Part shown: positions 29,246-36,959 of the stretch, in pieces | Layout of the letters: each line of letters begins with the position of its first letter | How positions within the stretch are numbered: the stretch's first letter is position 1 | Assembly (NCBI GenBank): GCA_945861565.1 | Contig: CAMAUY010000016.1 | Location: 2,556-66,555 of the forward strand | DNA length: 64,000 nt | Source: Akkermansia muciniphila | GTDB lineage: Bacteria > Verrucomicrobiota > Verrucomicrobiia > Limisphaerales > UBA9464 | Reading direction: 5' to 3' | Notes under the pieces: model-generated | Told to the model about the DNA's origin: nothing | Databases searched by the model: none | The model's input: only the letters and a program-made list of their open reading frames with translations | Translations under genes and position numbers: made by a program

Positions 29246-29406
29246 GGGCATCCCGAAGTTGTTGGTAGAGGTTGTCGCGCTGCGACAACCCCGCCCGCGT
29301 CCAACATGCGGACAGGGGCCGCAGCGCGGTTCGTTCCGCGACGGAACGGCGCGGGGACGCCGCAGCGCGGCGTCCGCTACCCTCTACCAGCAACCTCGAG
29401 ATACAC
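29246..29406. mobile_element. Family B MITE/REPIN-like element
   Basis: Termini GGGCATCCCGAAGTTGTTGGTAGAG and CTCTACCAGCAACCTCGAGATACAC, with two inward-facing GTAG-hairpins. Inverted copy at 54419-54577. Confidence 0.8.
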
Positions 29407-29440
29407 GGACGTCACGTCGTCCTCGATGGAAAACTAGGGA

Positions 29441-29470
29441 TTGACATCCATCCGCTCTTTTGGTCAATAT
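29441..29470 (+). promoter_or_regulatory. Putative sigma70 promoter of the PEP-CTERM gene
   Basis: Perfect TTGACA, 18-nt spacer, CAATAT, followed by an AT-rich leader. Confidence 0.45.
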
Positions 29471-29525
29471 CCCAAGGCTGACGATAGCAATTGCTGAAAA
29501 ACCTAACGTTAAATAAATATATAAC

Positions 29526-30245
29526 ATGAAAAAACTACTCACACCACTCGTTCTGAGTGCTGTTCTCGGTTCATCGGCCTTCGGTGCGACCGTGTCCCTC
29601 ACCCAGTTCGTCTACGGACCCGTCCTCGCAGACTTGAACAGCACGTTCTCTGTCCCCACGCTCGCGACCCTTCAGCAAGTCGTTTGCCCTCCGGGTACGA
29701 CTCTTGTCCTCAACTCTGTACGGCTCTCAATGGCTACCGAGATCTCAGCCTTGGGTTCTTTGACTCACAACGTCGCCCCAGGTAACCAGGCAATCAATGG
29801 GACTATTACCTACTCGGGACCGATCACCGTGACCGTTCCCGGAGGCGTTACCGGAGACGGCTTGTCGGCCGCACAATCCCTGACGTTTGGACCCATTGAA
29901 GTTCCTGCCGGAGGCGAAACTGCCTTCGGACCTGACGGTTCTGGAGGCAGCCCTTACCCTGACGTTGACTACGCCGTTGACGTTGCTCAGTTCGCCTCAG
30001 GTCTTGATGTGATTCTCAATATCTCTAGCACCATCACTACCAGTCTTTCGGGCGGTGCCAATATTGGTGTATCTTACGATGCTGCAATTTTCGAAGGTAA
30101 CTTCGCACAGGTTAATCTCGATGTGACCTATGACTACACCTGCCAGGATATCCAAGTTCCTGAGCCCAAGGTGTACGGCCTGATCGGTGGGGCACTGTCC
30201 CTCGGCGTGCTCGGCTACCGCCAGTACCGTTCCAAGAAGGCCTAA
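29526..30245 (+). CDS. PEP-CTERM surface protein with a choice-of-anchor E-like domain
   Basis: Signal peptide; Ser/Thr-rich beta domain ending VTYDY; C-terminal VPEP + hydrophobic helix + basic tail RQYRSKKA. Confidence 0.88.
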   Translation: MKKLLTPLVLSAVLGSSAFGATVSLTQFVYGPVLADLNSTFSVPTLATLQQVVCPPGTTLVLNSVRLSMATEISALGSLTHNVAPGNQAINGTITYSGPITVTVPGGVTGDGLSAAQSLTFGPIEVPAGGETAFGPDGSGGSPYPDVDYAVDVAQFASGLDVILNISSTITTSLSGGANIGVSYDAAIFEGNFAQVNLDVTYDYTCQDIQVPEPKVYGLIGGALSLGVLGYRQYRSKKA

Positions 30246-30274
30246 TCGGCTTGCTTGATTCGTAATTTTTTCAG

Positions 30275-30305
30275 AGGCGCATGGGTCACCATGCGCCTTT
30301 TTTTT
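30275..30305 (+). terminator. Rho-independent terminator
   Basis: AGGCGCATGG-GTCA-CCATGCGCCT followed by a T run. Confidence 0.85.
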
Positions 30306-30312
30306 CATCGAG

Positions 30313-31395
30313 ATGCAGACGTTGACCCGGTACCTCCTGCGCCAATTGTTGGCGAGCTTCGGACTTTGCCTGATCGTGTTCACCTTCCTGCTCCTCTTGG
30401 GCAATGTATTGAAGGAAATCCTCGATCTCCTCGCCAGCCAGCAGGCATCCCCCGAAGTCGCCCTGCGCGCCGTCCTCCTGCTCCTCCCGTTTGTCATTGC
30501 CTTCGCTCTCCCCATCGCCCTGCTCACGGCTGTCCTCCTTACCTTTGGCCGCCTCAGTGCCGATCAAGAAATTACCGCCATGAGGGCGGGCGGCATCAGC
30601 TTGGTCGAGATAGCTCTACCCGTCGTTGCCATTTCCCTGCTCTTTTCCGGCCTGGGAGGTTGGTTCAACCTGGACGTCGCGCCGCGCTGCCGCCAGGCGT
30701 TCAAGGATCTCCAGTACCAGATGGTGCGTGACCAATCTTCCCTCCGGTTGTTGCGACCCCGCAGCTACACGCAGATGGGTGATCTCGATATCTACGTTGG
30801 CGGCAATTCAGGGGTCCACCTGACCGATGTACTCCTCTACCGGTACACCAATCACGTGAAGATCCTGGAATGCCGGGCGGAGCGCGCTCGATTGGAAACC
30901 AACGAGCTCGGGTTCCCCATTCGCTTGGTCTTGGAAAAAGTGGATGCACTCCAAAAGTACGGAGATTCGTGGAACCCAGGTTCTTCTGAAGTTTTTCCCG
31001 TGGAACTTCCCTCGCGACGGAACACAACGCAACAGTGGCAGTTTAATGATATGACCTTTCGGCAACTGCTTGCCGCGAAGGCAACCCTGGAAGAGCGAGG
31101 CGCGAACGTCAGCCCGATCCAGGTACAACTGCACCGCCAGTTGGCCTTTTCCTTCGCCCCAATCGGCTTCGCCCTCATTGGTATTCCTCTCGCGATTCGG
31201 GCCCACCGCCGCGAGACCAACATCGGGATCGCAATCGCACTCCTCCTGGTTCTGATTTACTACAGTTTCATCATTATCGGTCAATCGCTCGAAACCCGCT
31301 CGTCATGGCGGCCGCACTGGATCATTTGGGCTCCTAATTTCCTCTTCCAAACGCTGGGTGCATTCCTGCTCTGGAGGGCGGACCGCAGAGGGTGA
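30313..31395 (+). CDS. LptF/LptG-family LPS export permease
   Basis: TLTRYLLRQ, LTFGRLSADQEITAMRAGGIS, 3 TM + periplasmic domain + 3 TM, WAPNFLF. Confidence 0.9.
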   Translation: MQTLTRYLLRQLLASFGLCLIVFTFLLLLGNVLKEILDLLASQQASPEVALRAVLLLLPFVIAFALPIALLTAVLLTFGRLSADQEITAMRAGGISLVEIALPVVAISLLFSGLGGWFNLDVAPRCRQAFKDLQYQMVRDQSSLRLLRPRSYTQMGDLDIYVGGNSGVHLTDVLLYRYTNHVKILECRAERARLETNELGFPIRLVLEKVDALQKYGDSWNPGSSEVFPVELPSRRNTTQQWQFNDMTFRQLLAAKATLEERGANVSPIQVQLHRQLAFSFAPIGFALIGIPLAIRAHRRETNIGIAIALLLVLIYYSFIIIGQSLETRSSWRPHWIIWAPNFLFQTLGAFLLWRADRRG

Positions 31396-31439
31396 AACGC
31401 AAGCTCGTACTCGCGTAAAATCCGCGAACGGTTCCCCAA

Positions 31440-31730
31440 CTACCGCCCCTGGAGCTTAAGAACGGCGGAGGCCATGCTCTCCACCGAAACGAGCACCGAC
31501 CGTGCCGCTTCGGCGTCGGAAATTTTCAGGCCAAAGTGTTTGTCGAGCATCACCACCAACTGAAGTGCATCCACCGAATCGAGACCAATCCCGGCCGGAC
31601 CAAACAGCGGTTGTTGGTCCTTAATCTCAGCCGGGGTGATCTGCAACATCAGCGTCTCGACCATCAGGGTTTTCAATTGTTCCCGGACACCGGCCGTCGT
31701 TGCCGAAGCACTCTCGCTTGATTCAATCAC
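31440..31730 (-). CDS. Acyl carrier protein (aryl-polyene/flexirubin-type)
   Basis: PLFGPAGIGLDSVDALQLVV with the phosphopantetheine Ser; GTGA overlap with the fabG stop. Confidence 0.88.
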   Translation of the reverse strand: MIESSESASATTAGVREQLKTLMVETLMLQITPAEIKDQQPLFGPAGIGLDSVDALQLVVMLDKHFGLKISDAEAARSVLVSVESMASAVLKLQGR

Positions 31731-32458
31731 AGGATTCCTCCGTCAATTTTGATTGCCGACCCTGTGAGGTAGGCCGCATCAGGACAAGCCAGAAATCGCA
31801 CGAGACTTGCCACTTCAGAAGGTCGCCCAAACCGGCGCATTGGAATCTGGGCTAGGGCGGACTGCCGCTTTTCCGGTGGCATGGATTCCAACGCTTCGGT
31901 TTCGATGTACCCAGGGCAGATGGCATTCACCGTGATTCCCATTCGGGCGGTTTCCTTTGCCAAGGATTGCGTCAGCGCGACCACTCCCGCCTTGGCCGCC
32001 GCGTAATTCGTCTGCCCAACCGGTGCCAGCAGAGCACTCAACGACGCCACATTGATGATGCGTCCCGATCGCTGAGAAATCATCTGGGGAAGCACCGCCT
32101 GACAACCGTGAAAGACCGCGTCGAGATTGGTCGCCAACACCCGATCCCAACTGTCCAGCGACATCGCCCCGAGGAGGGCGTCTTCGTGAACCCCCGCATT
32201 GTTGACCAGCACATCCAGTCGCCCCGCTGAATCGACAATGCGGGACACCGCCTGCTGCCACGCGGCACGCACCGAAACATCCAGACTCACCGGGCAACAG
32301 CGCCCGGGAAATTCGTCCGCAATCGGCTGCACGCGATCCTGCCGGTGATGAAAACCGGCCCAAACGATATTGTGATCCGATTCCTCCAAGAAATTTCGGA
32401 CGATGGCGGAACCAATTCCGCTGTTGGAACCGGTGACGAGTAGGATGCGAGGCGGCAT
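31727..32458 (-). CDS. fabG: 3-oxoacyl-ACP reductase (SDR)
   Basis: VTGSNSGIG, VNNAG and YAAAK motifs, GQTNY. Confidence 0.88.
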   Translation of the reverse strand: MPPRILLVTGSNSGIGSAIVRNFLEESDHNIVWAGFHHRQDRVQPIADEFPGRCCPVSLDVSVRAAWQQAVSRIVDSAGRLDVLVNNAGVHEDALLGAMSLDSWDRVLATNLDAVFHGCQAVLPQMISQRSGRIINVASLSALLAPVGQTNYAAAKAGVVALTQSLAKETARMGITVNAICPGYIETEALESMPPEKRQSALAQIPMRRFGRPSEVASLVRFLACPDAAYLTGSAIKIDGGIL

Positions 32459-32510
32459 GTGTGGGACGAAGAGTAGTGAATGAATTAATTCGCGGCAGCC
32501 CAAACCCCAT

Positions 32511-33542
32511 TTACGGTTGCGAACCGCCGTTTCGGTCCCATGCCGCCGCCACGGCCTGTTGGTTCATTCCAATGGCGGGCACCCAAACCCGGGTGGCTGA
32601 AGTGGACTCCAATAGCTCAAGTGCTGCCAAACACTGCCACGCCCCCCCAGCCGCCAACCCTTCCCCCAGTAGTGTTTTCACAGATATCCGCGGCCCTGCC
32701 CATTCCGACCACACGGCGGCCTCTGCTCGATCAAAGCTGCCACACCCCACGAGGCCATCGCTCAGTCCCGTCAGGCCCTCCCCGGGATACATCATCGCGC
32801 GAATCTGCCACGCCGCCCGATGCCTCTCCGAGGGTCCGCTGCAAGGCACCACCGCGGTTATCGTCTGGAGTTTCGTCCTGGATTTTTCGCGCCGTAGTCG
32901 GATTGCACCCGCACCCTCCCCCAAAATCACTCCGCGCGAAAAATGCCGCAAGGCATCGGCGGTAAGCCAGTCCCCCTCCTCCGCCGCCACCACGAGGCAA
33001 TCATCCACCCAGTCGTCCGCCAGCCATTCCGCCGCCAACTGCAGGCCACACACGAAGGCACTCTGATCCCCCACCAGCGTGTAGCACGGGCCGTTTGCAC
33101 CCAGCAGCGCGGCCAGGTGGGACGTCGGCGCATTAAAAACCGTTTCGGGAAAGATCAAGGGACTCGCCGTCGCCGGATCGCGAAGGGTTTCATCAAAAAA
33201 GCGCCGGGTGTAATTGACGCATCCGGAAAATACACAAAACACGATCCCCAACCGATCCGTCGACGGCTGGTCGGCGGCATCTCCGATTCCCATGGCCTCT
33301 AACCCAGCCGATACCATGTAACGGCTGATCGCACTTGCTCGACGCAGGCGGCCGTGCCCCAAAAACCAAGGCCGACTCACTGGAGGCGGGACGTTGCGAA
33401 CCCTCATAGCGTACTTCCGAGCCGACGGCGACACCCGCGTCTCCGGCACGGTCGTTCGATCTCTCAACACGGTCCGGAGTGGGCCCATCCCCCACCCAGC
33501 GGGCGTCACCGCCCCGACTCCGTGAACGTAGCAGTCGCTCAC
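32511..33542 (-). CDS. Non-catalytic ketosynthase homologue (chain-length-factor-like)
   Basis: KS N-terminal fold with SPLIFPETVFNAPTSH and GEGAGA; no catalytic Cys motif or HGTGT; GTGA overlap with the KS stop. Confidence 0.75.
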   Translation of the reverse strand: MSDCYVHGVGAVTPAGWGMGPLRTVLRDRTTVPETRVSPSARKYAMRVRNVPPPVSRPWFLGHGRLRRASAISRYMVSAGLEAMGIGDAADQPSTDRLGIVFCVFSGCVNYTRRFFDETLRDPATASPLIFPETVFNAPTSHLAALLGANGPCYTLVGDQSAFVCGLQLAAEWLADDWVDDCLVVAAEEGDWLTADALRHFSRGVILGEGAGAIRLRREKSRTKLQTITAVVPCSGPSERHRAAWQIRAMMYPGEGLTGLSDGLVGCGSFDRAEAAVWSEWAGPRISVKTLLGEGLAAGGAWQCLAALELLESTSATRVWVPAIGMNQQAVAAAWDRNGGSQP

Positions 33543-34777
33543 GGCCCCCTCCGGAATATGAGCGTTCCATTGGAACCTCCAAAACCGAACGAGTTGCTTA
33601 AAACCATCTCCACACGCGCATCCTCCGGCGCTCGGACGAGGCGAAACCGGCAAACAGGATCCACCGATTCGACCTTCGTCTCCGGCGGTAGCCATTGCTC
33701 CCGCAGCGTCATCAGACAAACAACCGCCTCCACCGCGCCGGCGGCGCCGAGTAAATGGCCGATGCCCGATTTGGTTGAACTCACCGCAACCCGCCCCGCA
33801 TTCGCTCCCGCCCAACGGTTAATCGCCGCGGCCTCCGCCGCGTCGTTGAGCAAAGTTCCAGTCCCGTGGGCGTTGATGTAGTCGATCTGATCAACCCCGA
33901 CTCCGGCAAGCCGGCAGGCCGCCGTCATCGCCGCCATGGCCGCATTCCCATCCGGATGCGGCTGCGTAAGGTGATGCAAATCCGTGGCGGCACCATACCC
34001 GATGATCTCACCCAGGATCTCCGCGCCACGGCTCCGTGCATGGTCGAGTGTTTCCAAACACAAAACCCCGGCTCCCTCCCCTAGCGCCAGCCCGTCACGC
34101 GCCACGTCAAACGGACGGCATCGAGTGGTTGAAAGGGCCTGCAATGAATCGAACCCTGCAAACACCAACTGACTGAGAGCATCGTATCCTCCCGACAACA
34201 CCCTTTCCGCACGTCCGTGCCGCAGCATTTGAAAGGCATGCCCAATGGCATTTGTGCCGGAAGCGCACGCATTCGCAATCAGCGTGACCGGCCCGGATAT
34301 CCCCGCGGCATCCTGCGCTGCCCGGGCCTGAGCCTGAGCCGGATACCCAGCAACCCGCGTCGCCTGCCCAAGTGCACCGCCCGACGCTTGCAGGGTATTC
34401 CGATAGTACGTCTCACCGAGTGCCATGCCACCGCTCGTGGTCCCGAACACACACGGGATATTTTTGCTGCCACCCGTCCACCGCGCCTGGTGGGTGGCCT
34501 CCACCGTCGCCAGGATCAGTAGGCGTGCTGCCCGATCCAGCCTTCGCTCGGCGTGCTTCGGGCGAGAACCCTCCGGCACCCAGGGGGGCAACGCCACCTC
34601 CGCCGCAACCCGAGCTCGTTGGCGGGTGACGTCGAAGTGGCTTACCGGGCGAAACGCGGTTGCTCCGGTGCGGAAACAGGCCGCGTTGATCGTCCACCCC
34701 ATACCGTGACCCGTGACGATCCCGGCGCCCGTAACGACCACCCGCCGAGGCGAAGTGGAAGAAGAAGAAACCGTCAT
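33539..34777 (-). CDS. Beta-ketoacyl-ACP synthase (FabF-like KS)
   Basis: RVVVTGAG, catalytic ANACASG, NAHGTGT, KSGIGHLLGAAG and SNSFGFGG. Confidence 0.92.
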   Translation of the reverse strand: MTVSSSSTSPRRVVVTGAGIVTGHGMGWTINAACFRTGATAFRPVSHFDVTRQRARVAAEVALPPWVPEGSRPKHAERRLDRAARLLILATVEATHQARWTGGSKNIPCVFGTTSGGMALGETYYRNTLQASGGALGQATRVAGYPAQAQARAAQDAAGISGPVTLIANACASGTNAIGHAFQMLRHGRAERVLSGGYDALSQLVFAGFDSLQALSTTRCRPFDVARDGLALGEGAGVLCLETLDHARSRGAEILGEIIGYGAATDLHHLTQPHPDGNAAMAAMTAACRLAGVGVDQIDYINAHGTGTLLNDAAEAAAINRWAGANAGRVAVSSTKSGIGHLLGAAGAVEAVVCLMTLREQWLPPETKVESVDPVCRFRLVRAPEDARVEMVLSNSFGFGGSNGTLIFRRGP

Positions 34778-34860
34778 CGAAAGCTGGAAACGAGAATGGC
34801 CCATTCGGCGGGCAACCGTCAACGCTGCCCTCTGATCCGCGGATAGGAATCTGAAAATGA

Positions 34861-34936
34861 GAACCACGGATAAACGGCGATAGACGCAGATTCCATGCCC
34901 TTTCTATCCGCGTCAATCCGTGTTCATCCGCGGTTC
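34861..34936. repeat. Family A palindromic element
   Basis: GAACCACGGAT AAACGGCGAT AGACGCAGAT ... ATCCGCGTCA ATCCGTGTTC ATCCGCGGTTC. Confidence 0.85.
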
Positions 34937-35080
34937 TCCTTATCCTCGGATTTGGGTTGCCGGCAAAAATCCCAGAGCGCATCCACCAACCCGGCAATGA
35001 GCCGTTGTCCATGGAGATAGAAGCAATTGCTTTACGATTGGCCTTGCACGGGCAGACTCCGTCCAGAACTTTAAATAATC

Positions 35081-35824
35081 ATGCCCGCCAAGAAAAAAAA
35101 GATCCCCCCGGCAGCGGTTTTGGTGCCCAAGCTTTCGCCGAAGCGCTTTTTTGGGCATGGACTTCCGGGGGTATCGCTCGGAGAATTGCCGGGTAAATTG
35201 ATCGTGGTGGAAGGTGCCGACGGCTCCGGGAGATCCTCCCAGATCGCACGCCTCGTGACGTGGCTCGAAGGCGCTGGACACCATACGATCGAGGTGGGGC
35301 TCAAACGGTCCACGCTGGTGAGCGAGGAATTGGAAAAAGCTCAGCAAGGAAACATTCTCAGCCGCACCACGCTCTCCCTGTTTTACGCCACCGACTTTGC
35401 CGACCAGTTGGAAAACGTCATCCTTCCCGCCTTGCGCGCCGGATCCATGGTTCTCGCCGATCGCTACATCTACACACTCATGGTGCGCGACCTCGTGCGC
35501 GGCATGGACGCGGGATGGCTGCAAAACATCTACGGAATTGCCCTAGTGCCGGACGCGGTCTTCTACCTCGAAGTCTGTCCAGAACAACTGGTCCAGCGGG
35601 TCTTCGCCAAAACTCACGCGCTCGATTATTGGGAAAGTGGCATGGATCTCGGCTTGTCCCGCGATATGTTCGCAAGCTTTCTGAAGTATCAGGGGTTGAT
35701 GCGTGACGAATTTCGCCGCCTCCAGGCCACCTTTCATTTCAGTATCATCAACGGTGAACGAAGTCCGGAGGTGATCAGTCAGGAACTTCAACGCCGCATC
35801 GAAGGGGTTCTCGCCCGGGGATAA
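35081..35824 (+). CDS. Thymidylate kinase-like protein (divergent)
   Basis: LIVVEGADGSGRSSQ P-loop variant, LADRY, and PDAVFYL. Confidence 0.8.
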   Translation: MPAKKKKIPPAAVLVPKLSPKRFFGHGLPGVSLGELPGKLIVVEGADGSGRSSQIARLVTWLEGAGHHTIEVGLKRSTLVSEELEKAQQGNILSRTTLSLFYATDFADQLENVILPALRAGSMVLADRYIYTLMVRDLVRGMDAGWLQNIYGIALVPDAVFYLEVCPEQLVQRVFAKTHALDYWESGMDLGLSRDMFASFLKYQGLMRDEFRRLQATFHFSIINGERSPEVISQELQRRIEGVLARG

Positions 35825-35865
35825 CGCCGGTGGGGACCGAAGCGATCGGAACGTTGTGACGCACG

Positions 35866-35901
35866 GAAAAAACGGCCGGAATGTGAACATTCCGGCCGTT
35901 T
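35866..35901. terminator. Probable bidirectional terminator between the convergent tmk-like and infA genes
   Basis: AAAAAACGGCCGGAATG-TGAA-CATTCCGGCCGTTT; the U tract is longer on the minus strand. Confidence 0.8.
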
Positions 35902-35949
35902 GAATGAAATGGTTGAGCTCGAAAACCGTACCCGCGGGCTACCAGCGCC

Positions 35950-36162
35950 TTACCCTAGGCGGTAGGTAATCCGGGCCTTGTTCATGTCGTAGGGAGACAT
36001 CTCAATCCGCACCCGATCACCCGGTGTCAGGCGAATAAAACGCTTTCGCATTTTTCCGGAGATGTGAGCGAGCACGACGTGCTTATTATCCAACTCGACA
36101 CGAAACATCGTGCCGGCAAGCACCGTGAGAATGCGGCCTTCCAAAACGACAGGTTCTTCCAT
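35950..36162 (-). CDS. infA: Translation initiation factor IF-1
   Basis: [38 protein letters not shown]...ARITYR. Confidence 0.97.
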   Translation of the reverse strand: MEEPVVLEGRILTVLAGTMFRVELDNKHVVLAHISGKMRKRFIRLTPGDRVRIEMSPYDMNKARITYRLG

Positions 36163-36255
36163 GAATATCTTCCAACTTCCCGGTAATCGAAAAGAGTCGG
36201 CTTAGCTACCAAGCCAAAGGGGTAAAAATAGTGAGGGGACGTAGAAAACTCGCCT

Positions 36256-36282
36256 AAAAAAGGGGCTCTCTCAAGAGCCCCT
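36256..36282 (-). terminator. Rho-independent terminator after the RRM gene
   Basis: On +: AAAAA AGGGGCTCT-CTCA-AGAGCCCCT, i.e. a hairpin plus U run on the minus strand. Confidence 0.75.
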
Positions 36283-36336
36283 CTATGCAATCCGACAGCG
36301 AAATCCACAACAATTGGGATTGCGCGCAGAAATATC

Positions 36337-36723
36337 TTAGTAACGACCGCGCCCGCCACCGCCGCCACCGCCGCCACCGCCACCGCTGCCGCCGCGGTAA
36401 CCGCCACCACCACCGCCGCCACCGCCGCCACCGCCGCGGTACCCGCCACCACCGCCGCCACCGGGAGGCCGGTCTTCTTTCGGCCGGGCTTCATTCACGG
36501 TCAAGGCACGACCATCCAGCTGAGCTCCGTTCATAGCGCCAATGGCCGCCTGCGAAGCCTCTTCCGAAGCCATTGTGACAAAAGCGAATCCGCGAGAGCG
36601 GCCGCTCACCCGATCGACCATCAAACTGACCTCAGACACCGGCCCGTGAGCCGCGAACGCGTCCTGTAGATCATTCTCCGTCGTGTTAAACGACAGATTA
36701 CCGACAAACAACTTAGTACCCAT
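36337..36723 (-). CDS. RRM RNA-binding protein with a glycine-rich tail
   Basis: RNP2 LFVGNL, RNP1 RGFAFVTM, and a (G)nYR tail. Confidence 0.95.
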   Translation of the reverse strand: MGTKLFVGNLSFNTTENDLQDAFAAHGPVSEVSLMVDRVSGRSRGFAFVTMASEEASQAAIGAMNGAQLDGRALTVNEARPKEDRPPGGGGGGGYRGGGGGGGGGGGGYRGGSGGGGGGGGGGGRGRY

Positions 36724-36898
36724 GATGATTTGCTGGCATCACTCCCACTGCCTGATCCGAGACTGTTCCCGATTGTCGGGTTTCAAATCATCACTGAACG
36801 CCGTTCAACTGAGGATTTACCACGCCTTGAAGGCGGAAGAGTTTAGCCACCGGTCGGTAACATGATTCTTTTTTGACGGGAGTGCAAGCCTTGAATGC

Positions 36899-36933
36899 AA
36901 AAAAAACACCGCGGGGCGCTTCGCCCCGCGGTG
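36899..36933 (-). terminator. Rho-independent terminator after the giant SdrD-repeat gene
   Basis: Minus strand reads CACCGCGGGGCG-AAG-CGCCCCGCGGTG-TTTTTTTT. Confidence 0.88.
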
Positions 36934-36959
36934 CCTCCTGAATCCTGTGCAACGTCTGC

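Noticed and set aside
36350-36460. (CCG/CCA)n trinucleotide repeat as an independent element
   Set aside because: It simply encodes the Gly-rich tail typical of bacterial RRM proteins.
36895-36912. Minus-strand GG-N10-GC sigma54-like motif upstream of the RRM gene
   Set aside because: It coincides with the stem and U tract of the terminator and lacks the TGGC context.
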